Positions 24,201 to 32,000 of a stretch of 32,000 nucleotides of DNA are shown here, in pieces (positions within the stretch are counted from its first letter, which is position 1; each line of letters begins with the position of its first letter). A program made the translations under genes and the position numbers. Where the stretch lies: assembly GCF_000023965.1 (NCBI RefSeq), contig NC_013202.1, positions 2,880,001-2,912,000 of the forward strand, written 5' to 3'. Below the pieces are notes generated by a model, which made no database searches, was not told the origin of the DNA, and was given only the letters and a program-made list of their open reading frames with translations. Source of the stretch: Halomicrobium mukohataei DSM 12286 (GTDB lineage: Archaea > Halobacteriota > Halobacteria > Halobacteriales > Haloarculaceae).

Positions 24201-24253
24201 GGGGGAACCGGCAGGGCGATAGTTCATCAGTCGGGAGGAATCGAACCCGTGGT

Positions 24254-24478
24254 ATGGAACTCCAACGACACTCCACAGCGGACTGTCGCCACTGCGGAGA
24301 GCGCATCTGGTACGGGGTGAAAGCAGAAAGTACGTGTTGGAAAGTCTTCTGTCAGTGTCTCACAGGCTGTGGCCGTGAGTGGCGGGCAGATCGAATCAGT
24401 CGGTCGACAGTGGACTCCCTCGACGACGTGTATCGACAGGCCGAACGGCAGTGCGAGCGCGTTTTCGCAACAGACTGA
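24254..24478 (+). CDS. Small Cys-rich (putative zinc-binding) protein, 74 aa
   Basis: Internal ATG of a longer track ORF: MELQRHSTADCRHCGERIWYGVKAESTCWKVFCQCLTGCGREW..., with CxxC followed by C-x4-CxC-x3-C. It is divergent from the McrB-like gene, within the lower-GC patch. No family recognised. Confidence 0.35.
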   Translation: MELQRHSTADCRHCGERIWYGVKAESTCWKVFCQCLTGCGREWRADRISRSTVDSLDDVYRQAERQCERVFATD

Positions 24479-24553
24479 CGCTATTCGACCCACAACGGCA
24501 GTCTCCGAGAGACGATCGGCAACAGTAATCAGGCGTGCCCACTTCCGAAGCGG

Positions 24554-24558
24554 TTATA
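24554..24558 (+). promoter_or_regulatory. TATA-like box (ggTTATAcg) for the GGGP synthase gene
   Basis: About 28 nt upstream of the ATG at 24584. Confidence 0.3.
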
Positions 24559-24583
24559 CGCCCGCGGTTGACTCTGTGCACGT

Positions 24584-25306
24584 ATGAGCACGTGGGCGGA
24601 CTGGGACCACATCGTCAAGATCGACCCAGACAAGAGCCTGGTCGCGGGCGAGACCTTCGAGGACGTGGCCGCGACCGGAACGGACGCGATCGAGATCGGC
24701 GGCACGACCGGCATGACCGAAGAGAAGATGGCCCGCGTCGTCGAGGCGTGTGGCGCACACGACATCCCCGTCTACATCGAGCCGTCGAATCCCGCGTCGG
24801 TCGTCCACAGCAACCGTCACGACGGCTACCTCATCCCGGTCGTGATGAACGCCGGTGACGTGACCTGGATCACCGGCGCGCACAAGGAGTGGATCCGCAT
24901 CGACGACGACATCGACTGGTCGCGGACGTTCACGGAGGCCTACATCGTGATGAACCCCGAGGCCTCCGTCGCCAGCTACACGCAGGCCAACTGCGATCTC
25001 GACGCCGACGAGGTCGCGGCCTACGCGGAGGCTGCAGAACACCTCCTGGGACAGGAGATCGTCTACGTCGAGTACTCGGGGATGCTGGGCGATCCCGAGA
25101 AGGTGGCCGCCGCGGACGAGATCCTCGACGACGCGACGCTGTTCTACGGCGGCGGCATCCACGACTACGACTCGGCCCGGCAGATGGCGACCCACGCCGA
25201 CACGATCGTCGTCGGCGATCTGGTCCACGACGAGGGCGTCGACGCCGTCAGAGAGACCGTCGAGGGCGCGCGCGACGCGACGGCTGCCACGCCGCCGAGC
25301 GAGTAG
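24584..25306 (+). CDS. Geranylgeranylglyceryl phosphate synthase (PcrB/GGGPS family)
   Basis: 240 aa. [11 protein letters not shown]...[13 protein letters not shown]...IPVYIEPS...[11 protein letters not shown]...[15 protein letters not shown]...[11 protein letters not shown] matches the GGGPS TIM-barrel family. Confidence 0.9.
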   Translation: MSTWADWDHIVKIDPDKSLVAGETFEDVAATGTDAIEIGGTTGMTEEKMARVVEACGAHDIPVYIEPSNPASVVHSNRHDGYLIPVVMNAGDVTWITGAHKEWIRIDDDIDWSRTFTEAYIVMNPEASVASYTQANCDLDADEVAAYAEAAEHLLGQEIVYVEYSGMLGDPEKVAAADEILDDATLFYGGGIHDYDSARQMATHADTIVVGDLVHDEGVDAVRETVEGARDATAATPPSE

Positions 25307-25403
25307 CGCCGGGCCAAGACGCCGCCGGGGTGCGGTCGTCGCCGTTCCGTGTCGGGAGCCCGAAACCCAGAACGCTCAAGCCGCCGCGCTCGCGAGGACC
25401 GGT

Positions 25404-25865
25404 ATGGAACCGACGGCCGACGAACTCGCGGGGGTCGTCGACCTGTTCGGCGCGCTCACTCGCGACGAACTGGTCGAGGCGCTCTCCGAGCTGGCGTTCA
25501 AGCGGGGCGAAGACGTGGACGATCCAGCGGGGGCGATCGACGACGCCGTCGCCGCCTATCACCTCGCGGTCGTCGAACGCGACGGCGAGAAACTGCTCGC
25601 GGCCGGTCCGGCGGCGTTTCCGGAACTGCCCGACGGCGCGACGGACCTGCCCCACATCATGGACGTGCCCGAGCGATCGATCGACAGGGAGCGACTCGCG
25701 GCGGCCGTCGAAGAGCGGTTCCGCGAGGAGAGCCTCGTCGCCGTCCGCTCGGACAACGAGGCGTTCGTAGAGCGCCTGCTCGACGTGAGCTACGAACTCG
25801 AAGTCTGGGGACCGATCGACGTGAGCGCGGCCCGCGAGCGTCTCGCCGACGCGGCCGGCGAGTGA
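25404..25865 (+). CDS. Conserved-looking acidic hypothetical protein
   Basis: 153-aa ORF with haloarchaeal acidic composition and GC3-rich codons. No motif recognised. Confidence 0.6.
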   Translation: MEPTADELAGVVDLFGALTRDELVEALSELAFKRGEDVDDPAGAIDDAVAAYHLAVVERDGEKLLAAGPAAFPELPDGATDLPHIMDVPERSIDRERLAAAVEERFREESLVAVRSDNEAFVERLLDVSYELEVWGPIDVSAARERLADAAGE

Positions 25866-25918
25866 GTCGCCCGCGCGTTTCCACCCAAATTAAGAGCGTC
25901 CCGGCCCCACACTGACGC

Positions 25919-26545
25919 ATGGAGTTCGATCGGGTGGCCAGCCACGAGGCGATCGAGGTCGCGGCAGAGCCACGCGAGGCGGCCGTGATCGTCCCCGTCG
26001 TCACCGACGCGGGCGACGGCGACGACCACGCCGTGTTGTTCACCAAGCGGGCCGACCACCTCTCGGACCACCCCGGCCAGATGAGTTTCCCCGGCGGCGG
26101 CCGCGAGCCGGCGGACGACTCGCTGTTGCGGACCGCCCTCAGAGAGGCACAGGAGGAGGTCGGTCTCGACCCCCGTGCCGCCAACGTGATCGGGCGACTG
26201 GACGACATCCGCACCGTCTCGGAGTACTCCGTCCGACCGTTCGTCGCCAGGATTCCCGACCGTGAGTACCAGCCGAGCGATGAGGAAGTGGCCGAGGTCG
26301 TCGTCCTCGCCGTCGACGATCTCGTCGATCTGGACAACTACGAGTCCGAGCGCCGGGACCACCCACACTACGGCGACATCCGGCTACACTTCTTCCACGT
26401 CGACGGCTACACCGTCTGGGGAGCGACCGCCCGGATGCTCGTCCAGTTGCTCGAACTCGCGACCGACTGGACGATGCCGACCGAGCCGGACCGCGTGGCC
26501 GGCCCCGACGACGACTATCCGCCCAGCGTCCGCGATCAGGTGTAG
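25919..26545 (+). CDS. Nudix hydrolase, CoA pyrophosphatase-like
   Basis: 208 aa. Nudix box GGGREPADDSLLRTALREAQEEVGL preceded by LFTKRADHLSDHPGQMSFPGG, as in the NudL/CoA pyrophosphatase subgroup. Confidence 0.85.
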   Translation: MEFDRVASHEAIEVAAEPREAAVIVPVVTDAGDGDDHAVLFTKRADHLSDHPGQMSFPGGGREPADDSLLRTALREAQEEVGLDPRAANVIGRLDDIRTVSEYSVRPFVARIPDREYQPSDEEVAEVVVLAVDDLVDLDNYESERRDHPHYGDIRLHFFHVDGYTVWGATARMLVQLLELATDWTMPTEPDRVAGPDDDYPPSVRDQV

Positions 26546-26672
26546 TCGGGCGGTTTCTGCCCGGCCACCGGGATGACTCCCCGTCGATTCGAGACCGGTC
26601 CCAAGCGACAGGCATTTGCCAGCGGATCGGGTACGGGTGAGCAATCGAACGGGCACGACGCCCACCCAAATC

Positions 26673-27449
26673 ATGCTCACAGGAGTGACGCTCGACGATG
26701 TCGGAATCGACGCGGCAGCGCTCAAGCCCGCCGAGGTCGACGTGACGGCGGCCAGCGACCTCGACGTGTCGACGGTGACGATCGACTACGAGGGGGCGGG
26801 CCACCTGCCGGACCGGTCGACGCTGGCCGCGCTGGCCGACCAGAAGCGCGTCAGGCTGACGACGCCGGTCCGGGCCGACGGCTTCGACCCGCTGGGCGAC
26901 GACAGCGCGCTCGCGACGCTACCCGACGGTGTCGGGCGAGTGCTGGTCGCGGGCCACGATGCCTATCTCACGAACGACGAGGCCGAACGGGCGGTCGTCC
27001 CTCGGCTCGAAGCCGCCGCGGCGACGGCCACCGATCCCTGGGTCGGCACCGAGGGCATCGAGCGCGTCGCGCTGGCGATCGGCGGCACCCAGTTCGAGTT
27101 GCTCTCTCGATCGACGGGACGGGACCTCCGGGCGCTTCGAACGGCCGGCTTCGAGGGGGAGATCGCCGTCTACGCGCCGACGGTGTTGACCGACGACGAG
27201 AGCGAAATCCTCGACGCCGTCGGGGACTACGCCGCCCGGCGCGGCCCGGTCCGTGCGGCCCTGCCCGACGGCGCGGCGACCGACGCGACCGCGAGCGGAC
27301 GAGCCCGCGACGTGCTCACCCAGGCCGTGGGCGACTACGCGCTCGTGGGCGATCCCGAGACGGTCGCGGAACGCATCGAGCAGCTTCGAGCGGCCGGCGC
27401 GGACGCGATCGTCGGCTACCCGGCCAGGGGCATCGAGCCGGTGCGGTGA
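26673..27449 (+). CDS. Hypothetical protein with luciferase-like (LLM) C-terminal motif
   Basis: I prefer the ATG at 26673 (MLTGVTLDD...) to the track start at 26616. The C-terminus GDPETVAERIEQLRAAGADAIV resembles the end of LLM-class oxidoreductases. The stop lies 2 nt before the next gene. Confidence 0.55.
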   Translation: MLTGVTLDDVGIDAAALKPAEVDVTAASDLDVSTVTIDYEGAGHLPDRSTLAALADQKRVRLTTPVRADGFDPLGDDSALATLPDGVGRVLVAGHDAYLTNDEAERAVVPRLEAAAATATDPWVGTEGIERVALAIGGTQFELLSRSTGRDLRALRTAGFEGEIAVYAPTVLTDDESEILDAVGDYAARRGPVRAALPDGAATDATASGRARDVLTQAVGDYALVGDPETVAERIEQLRAAGADAIVGYPARGIEPVR

Positions 27450-27451
27450 CG

Positions 27452-28555
27452 ATGCGGGTCGCCGTCGTCGGTGCCGGGGCCGTCGGCCTGACCGCCGCAC
27501 GGACGCTGGCCGACCGCGGCACCGACGTGGTGCTGTACGACCGCGGGGAGATCGCCAGCGGTGCGACCGGCCGCGCGGCGGGGCTGTGCTACGACGCGTT
27601 CGCCGAGGACCGGGACGCCGCGGTGGCCGCCGACTCGCTCCGGCGGTTCCGCGAACTGGGCGTGCTCACCGAGTGTCCGTACGTGTGGTACGCCCGCGAC
27701 GGCGACGAGGCAAACGCCGACGCCATCGCCCAGCAGGTCCCGCGAATGCAGGCCCACGGGCGCGATGTGGCGCTGGTCGAGCCCGAGCGACTGGGCGAGC
27801 GGTACCCACAGCTTCGGACCGACGAGATCGCCGTCGCCGCGATCGCGCACCGGGCGGGCTTCGTCGATCCGACCGAGTACGCGAGTGCGCTGACGGAGAC
27901 CGTGCTGGAACGCGGGGTCGGCGTGCGGACGGAGACGCCCGTCTCGCTGGCCGGGCCGACGACGGTCGCCGAGCCCGACGGGACGGTCGGGTTCGACGCC
28001 GTGCTCGTGGCCGCCGGACCCGCGACGAAGCCGATCGTCGCCGACGCTGGCGTCGCGCTCCCGCTACAGGCCTATCGCGCCCAGGCGCTCGTGACGGAGC
28101 CGCTACGGGCGACGCTCCCGATGGCCTACGACGCGACCCAGCAGTGCTACTGGCGGCCCTGTGAGGGTGGACTGCTCGTCGGCGACGGTGCCCACGAGGT
28201 CGATCCCGACGACTGGGATCCCGACGCCGACGCGAGCTTCGAGCGGAGCGCGCTCGATCGGCTGGCGGCTGCGACGACCGTCGACGCGACGCGAGCGCAG
28301 TCCTGGGCGGGGCTCTGTACCGCGACGCCGGATCGGGAGCCGCTGCTGGGTGGCGTCGGGGACGGGCTCTACGTGGCGACGGGGTGGCACGGCCACGGCC
28401 TCATGCGCTCGCCGGCCCTGGGCGAGCGGATCGGCGAGCAGATCCTCGGCGGGCCGGGCGTCGACGCCTACGATCCCGACCGCTTTACCGGCGACGAGAC
28501 GATCGACGTGGTCGACGGCATGACGATCGACGAGGACGAGGAGACACCGAGCTGA
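27452..28555 (+). CDS. FAD-dependent oxidoreductase (DAO/glycine-sarcosine oxidase-like)
   Basis: 367 aa from the ATG at 27452. Dinucleotide-binding N-terminus MRVAVVGAGAVGLTAARTLADRGTDVVLYDRGEIASGATGRAAG and the C-terminal GWHGHGLMRSPALG block. The 660-aa track ORF is an Arg-rich 5' over-extension of this frame. Confidence 0.85.
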   Translation: MRVAVVGAGAVGLTAARTLADRGTDVVLYDRGEIASGATGRAAGLCYDAFAEDRDAAVAADSLRRFRELGVLTECPYVWYARDGDEANADAIAQQVPRMQAHGRDVALVEPERLGERYPQLRTDEIAVAAIAHRAGFVDPTEYASALTETVLERGVGVRTETPVSLAGPTTVAEPDGTVGFDAVLVAAGPATKPIVADAGVALPLQAYRAQALVTEPLRATLPMAYDATQQCYWRPCEGGLLVGDGAHEVDPDDWDPDADASFERSALDRLAAATTVDATRAQSWAGLCTATPDREPLLGGVGDGLYVATGWHGHGLMRSPALGERIGEQILGGPGVDAYDPDRFTGDETIDVVDGMTIDEDEETPS

Positions 28556-28564
28556 GACGAGCGG

Positions 28565-28948
28565 TCAGTCGGCCGCTTCGTCGGCTTTCGGGACGTAAAC
28601 GTGCAGCGTGCCGTCGTCTTTCAGGGTCGCCGACGCGGCCTCGGCCTCGACCACGGCGTCGGCGGGCAGGGTGACGCTGCCGTCGAGGGAGAGTCCGCGG
28701 CCGGGATAGCGCATCTCGAAGCCCTCGTGGAACGGCCGGAATCGGTCGACGCGGACCTCGACACGGTCGTCGACGTACTGGACCTGCAGGTCAGCGGCCT
28801 CGACGCCGGGCGCGTCGAACACCACGAGGTACGCGTCGTCGCTCTCCAGCAGATCGGCCGGCAGCGGCGTCCGTTCCTGGACGCGGCCGGCTGCGCGGCC
28901 GACGTTCTCGACGATCGCGTCGCCGAGCGAGCGGGCGAAGTCGAACAT
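28565..28948 (-). CDS. Hsp20/alpha-crystallin family small heat-shock protein
   Basis: 127 aa from the ATG at 28946-28948: ...ADLLESDDAYLVVFDAPGVEAADLQVQYVDDRVEVRVDR...LPADAVVEAEAASATLKDDGTLHVYVPK. The upstream part of the track ORF is Arg-rich and rejected. Confidence 0.85.
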   Translation of the reverse strand: MFDFARSLGDAIVENVGRAAGRVQERTPLPADLLESDDAYLVVFDAPGVEAADLQVQYVDDRVEVRVDRFRPFHEGFEMRYPGRGLSLDGSVTLPADAVVEAEAASATLKDDGTLHVYVPKADEAAD

Positions 28949-29106
28949 CACAGCTCGACCTCCGACAGGCAGTCGACACCCCCGCAGTAGGGACACTGGA
29001 AGTCGGTCACGCCCACGCTGTCGGGCATGTCGTAGGTGTAGTGGAGTTCGAACATGTCGAGTTCGCAGCCGTCGTCGGTACAGACGAGTTCGAGCGTCGC
29101 TGGCAT
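28948..29106 (-). CDS. Zinc-ribbon microprotein (52 aa)
   Basis: MPATLELVCTDDGCELDMFELHYTYDMPDSVGVTDFQCPYCGGVDCLSEVEL, with C-x4-C and CxxC pairs. Its TGA overlaps the hsp20 ATG by 1 nt (TGATG). Confidence 0.55.
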   Translation of the reverse strand: MPATLELVCTDDGCELDMFELHYTYDMPDSVGVTDFQCPYCGGVDCLSEVEL

Positions 29107-29220
29107 ACGATTCTGTTGGACCGCGCGGGACAAACAGCTTTCGGAGCCCGGAGTACGCACCCCGCCGGACACACGGCGACAACGAGAACTTTCATGTCGG
29201 CCCGGCGAGTGGGCTGGGGC

Positions 29221-30009
29221 ATGAGTTCGCGTGTCTTGGGCGTCGACTTCAGCGGTGCGAGCGACGCGGGGCGCTCGCTGTGGCTGACGGAGGCGCGGGA
29301 GACGGGGGACGGACTGCGGGTCGAGGACTGCTATCGCGCGGCCGACGAGTGGGGACCGGACCGCGAGGACGCACACGCCGGCCTGCGCTCGCGGCTCACG
29401 GCCTTCGACGTCGTCGGGCTCGACTTCCCGTTCAGCCTCCCGCAGGCGCTACTGGACGAGCACTGCGACGGCGAGTGGGCCGGGCTGGTCGAGTGGCTCA
29501 CGCTCGACGGCCCGACCGATCCCGACGAGTTCGCCTCGACGTGTCGCTCGACCGCTCGCGAGCACACGGGCGACGGCACCGCGTCGCTGCGTCGCGAGAC
29601 GGACCTGCGTCGCGCCGCGCTGTGTCCCTACGACCGGATGGTCCAGTACCAGACGTTCTACGGGATCCGGAACGTGCTTGCCGGCCTCGCCGACGATCCC
29701 GATGTCGCCGTCGCGCCGATGCAGGACGGCGACCCCGCGACCCGCGTCGTCGAGGTGTACCCCGCCGCGACCTTCGGCTGGCTCGGGCTCTACCGCGAGG
29801 GGTACAAGAGCGACCGACGAGACCGCCGCGCGACCAACGTCGACGGGATCGAGGCCTGCAGCGTCGACCTCGGGGGGTTCCGCGAGGCGTACGAACGACA
29901 CCACGACGCGCTCGACAGCCTCGCGGCGGTGGTCTCGGCCGGCCGGGTCGCCGAGAACGGGAGACGGCCGCTCCACGGCCCGCGCGAGGAAGGCCACATC
30001 TACGTGTGA
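29221..30009 (+). CDS. DUF429-like protein (predicted RNase H-fold)
   Basis: MSSRVLGVDFSGA...EVYPAATF...HDALDSLAAV pattern as in DUF429. An alternative ATG lies at 29194. The track start at 29041 overlaps the divergent genes and is rejected. Confidence 0.65.
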   Translation: MSSRVLGVDFSGASDAGRSLWLTEARETGDGLRVEDCYRAADEWGPDREDAHAGLRSRLTAFDVVGLDFPFSLPQALLDEHCDGEWAGLVEWLTLDGPTDPDEFASTCRSTAREHTGDGTASLRRETDLRRAALCPYDRMVQYQTFYGIRNVLAGLADDPDVAVAPMQDGDPATRVVEVYPAATFGWLGLYREGYKSDRRDRRATNVDGIEACSVDLGGFREAYERHHDALDSLAAVVSAGRVAENGRRPLHGPREEGHIYV

Positions 30010-30091
30010 GCGCCACGACCGCACAGCAGTACCCGGATCGGCGTTCGACGGGGGTGGTTTCTTTGTCGATGCGGTCGTCGGTGATCGCACG

Positions 30092-30328
30092 ATGTCCTCG
30101 CCCGATTCCGCCCCTCCGGACGCCCCCCGTTCACTCGGCCCGGTTCAGATACTCGAACGGTCGCTCACACGCCAGTTACTCGGCCTCGGACTCGCGTTGG
30201 TGGGCATCTCGATCGTCAGCTGGGTGATCGAGAGCTCGCCGCCACTGTGGTCCGTGATTGCGCACACAGCTGTCGGTTCGTTTGCCGTCTTCAACGGGCT
30301 CTACCTCGGAGGCGTTCGGTTCCGATAG
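30092..30328 (+). CDS. Small membrane protein (78 aa, 2 TM)
   Basis: Internal ATG at 30092: ...LLGLGLALVGISIVSWVI...VIAHTAVGSFAVFNGLYLGG. It lies immediately upstream of the ABC transporter genes. Confidence 0.4.
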   Translation: MSSPDSAPPDAPRSLGPVQILERSLTRQLLGLGLALVGISIVSWVIESSPPLWSVIAHTAVGSFAVFNGLYLGGVRFR

Positions 30329-30384
30329 CCCCACAGACCGACCGCGTGCGGGACTTTTTACTCTCCCATCACCTATAGAGGGCA

Positions 30385-31401
30385 ATGAAAACCCAGGAGC
30401 GACCGCAGACGAGCGCCGACGCGGCCGCGACCGACGACCCGCCCGACGACGCCGCCCTCGTCGTCGAGGGGCTCTCCAAGCGGTTCGCCAGCGGCGACGC
30501 CGCGGTCACCGCCGTCGACGACGTGTCCTTCAGCGTCGGCCGTGGCTCCGTCGTCGGGCTGCTCGGTCCCAACGGCGCGGGCAAGACGACGACGATCAAA
30601 GCGATCCTCGGCATGGTGTTGCCCGACGCCGGCTCGGTTCGGATCGACGGGATCGACGTGTACGAACAGCCGAGTGCCGCCTACGCCAACGTCGACGCGA
30701 TGCTGGAGGGCGCGCGCAACGACTACTGGCGGCTGACCGTCCGGGAGAACCTCCGGTACTTCGCGACGATCGGCGGCGTCGATCCCGACTCCGTAGCGGA
30801 TCGCCACGAGCGCCTGCTCGACCAGCTCGATCTCGCCGAGAAGGCCGACGAGGCGGTTCGAGACCTCTCGCGGGGGATGAAACAGAAGGTGTCCCTCGCC
30901 AGCGTGCTGGCGACCGACGCCGACGTGGTCTTTCTCGACGAGCCGACGCTCGGACTGGACGTGGAGAGTTCGCTGACGCTGCGACGCGAACTGCGCCGGA
31001 TCGTCGACGAGCGGGCGCTGACCGTCGTGCTCTGTAGCCACGACATGGACGTGATCGAAGCGGTCTGTGACCGCGTCGTGATCATGAACGACGGGCGCGT
31101 GATCGCGGACGACACCGTCGAGCGCCTCCTGTCGGGCGACGGCACTCAGCGGTTCGCCGTCGCCAGTTCGGACATCGACGAGGCGCTGCTCGCGCGCATC
31201 CGCGACGGCTTCGAGGTGACCGAGGTGACGACCGACGGCGAGCGAACGCGCGTCGAGGTGGCGACCGACAGCGAGGGGTTCTACGACCTGGCGGACCAGC
31301 TACGGGCCGCCGACGTGGCGCTGGACAGCGTCAACACGGCCCGGCCCGACCTCGAAGACGTGTTCCTCGGGCTGACCGACGAGGGCGAGGGCCGTCGATG
31401 A
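30385..31401 (+). CDS. ABC transporter ATP-binding protein
   Basis: 338 aa. Walker A LLGPNGAGKTTT, signature LSRGMKQKVSLA, Walker B VVFLDEPTLGLD, H-loop CSHDM. Confidence 0.9.
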   Translation: MKTQERPQTSADAAATDDPPDDAALVVEGLSKRFASGDAAVTAVDDVSFSVGRGSVVGLLGPNGAGKTTTIKAILGMVLPDAGSVRIDGIDVYEQPSAAYANVDAMLEGARNDYWRLTVRENLRYFATIGGVDPDSVADRHERLLDQLDLAEKADEAVRDLSRGMKQKVSLASVLATDADVVFLDEPTLGLDVESSLTLRRELRRIVDERALTVVLCSHDMDVIEAVCDRVVIMNDGRVIADDTVERLLSGDGTQRFAVASSDIDEALLARIRDGFEVTEVTTDGERTRVEVATDSEGFYDLADQLRAADVALDSVNTARPDLEDVFLGLTDEGEGRR

Positions 31402-32000
31402 CGGGACAGCCAGCCAGTGAGACGCCGAGCGGCGGGGAGACGCCCCGTCGGGCTTCCTACTACCACCTCGCGAGGGCCGTCCTCGTCCGTGAGTTCCTGC
31501 TGTTCGTGCGCTACCCGGCCAACGCCCTCGGCGGGATCGTCGTCTCGCTTTTCTTCTTCGGGCTGCTGTTCTACGGCGGGCGGATGATCGCCGGACAGGC
31601 GCTGACCGACTCGCTGGAGGGGATCGTCGTCGGCTACTTCCTGTGGACGCTCGCGGTCGGTGCCTACTCCTCGATCTCGAACGACATCGGCAGCGAGGTC
31701 CAGTGGGGGACCCTGGAGCGCCACATCATGACGCCCTTCGGTTTCGCGCCGGTCGCGCTGTTGAAAGGCGTCGCGAAGGTCGTCCGGACCTTCCTCACGT
31801 CGGCGGTGATCCTCGCGGTCATGCTCCTGCTCACCGATACCACCCTCCAGTTGCCGGTCGTCACGATCACGGTCGTCGCCGCGCTAGCGGTCGCCTCCGT
31901 GCTGGGACTTGGCTTCGCGGCCGGCGGCGTCGCCGTCCTCTACAAGCGCATCGGCAACTGGCTGAACCTCCTTCAGTTCGGATTCATTCTGCTGATCTCG
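31398..32000 (+). CDS. ABC-2 type transporter permease (partial, continues past window end)
   Basis: Not in the track because it runs off the edge. ATG at 31398 with an ATGA overlap onto the ATPase stop. 201 open codons of hydrophobic sequence (LVREFLLFVRYPANALGGIVVSLFFFGLLFYGG...). Confidence 0.75.
   Translation, partial: MTGQPASETPSGGETPRRASYYHLARAVLVREFLLFVRYPANALGGIVVSLFFFGLLFYGGRMIAGQALTDSLEGIVVGYFLWTLAVGAYSSISNDIGSEVQWGTLERHIMTPFGFAPVALLKGVAKVVRTFLTSAVILAVMLLLTDTTLQLPVVTITVVAALAVASVLGLGFAAGGVAVLYKRIGNWLNLLQFGFILLIS

Noticed and set aside
24225-24252. tRNA-like fragment: the minus strand reads ...CACGGGTTCGATTCCTCCCGACTGATGA, resembling a T-loop (GTTCGATTC) and the 3' acceptor side. This could be an att-site remnant at the island edge.
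   Set aside because: The 5' side of the T-stem does not pair with the 3' side (ACGGG versus CCTCC gives only 3 pairs). No D-arm or anticodon arm can be built upstream. No intact tRNA gene is present in the window to serve as the partner att site, and the orientation does not fit a simple attL/attR model. Possibly a decayed remnant, but unsupported.
23786-24478. 230-aa plus-strand ORF, and an 88-aa minus-strand ORF (24227-24493), at the McrB 5' end
   Set aside because: Most of the 230-aa ORF is antisense to the well-supported McrB-like N-terminus. Only its last 74 codons (from the ATG at 24254) lie in intergenic DNA, and I kept those as a low-confidence small ORF. The 88-aa minus ORF has no motif or promoter support.
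26573-28555. 660-aa ORF read as a single gene
   Set aside because: The first 293 codons are Arg/Gly/Pro-rich and overlap a better ORF in another frame (26673-27449). The FAD-binding GxGxxG N-terminus begins at the ATG at 27452, so this is two adjacent genes.

Overview
High-GC (roughly two-thirds G+C by eye) chromosomal segment whose predicted proteins are strongly acidic. This and the gene content point to a haloarchaeon (class Halobacteria); I cannot name the species. Most of the window is densely packed housekeeping DNA. In order: PEP synthase (partial), a PhzF-family protein, an AEC transporter, the operon small coiled-coil protein-smc-scpA, an FHA-domain membrane protein, gatB, thyA-folA, a UDP-GlcNAc 2-epimerase-like gene, topoisomerase I, an AI-2E transporter, GGGP synthase, a Nudix hydrolase, an FAD oxidoreductase, a zinc-ribbon microprotein-hsp20 pair, a DUF429-like protein and an ABC-2 transporter. 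The exception is a mosaic accessory patch of about 5.7 kb between topA (ends 18879) and the GGGP synthase gene (starts 24584). It holds two copies of an 87-90 nt hairpin repeat (a third copy lies after folA), a HicA-like ORF with no partner, an 81-bp direct repeat, and a chimeric gene fragment carrying a restriction-modification methyltransferase C-terminal tail. It also holds a clearly lower-GC island with a translationally coupled two-gene McrBC-like module: an AAA+ NTPase with an N-terminal PUA/EVE-like domain, plus a PD-(D/E)xK partner. That module is the best candidate for a defence system here, but I read it as a variant of a known family rather than a new class. Many long ORFs in the track are Arg/Pro/Ser-rich antisense artefacts of the high GC content and were rejected. 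No rRNA, tRNA or CRISPR array was found.
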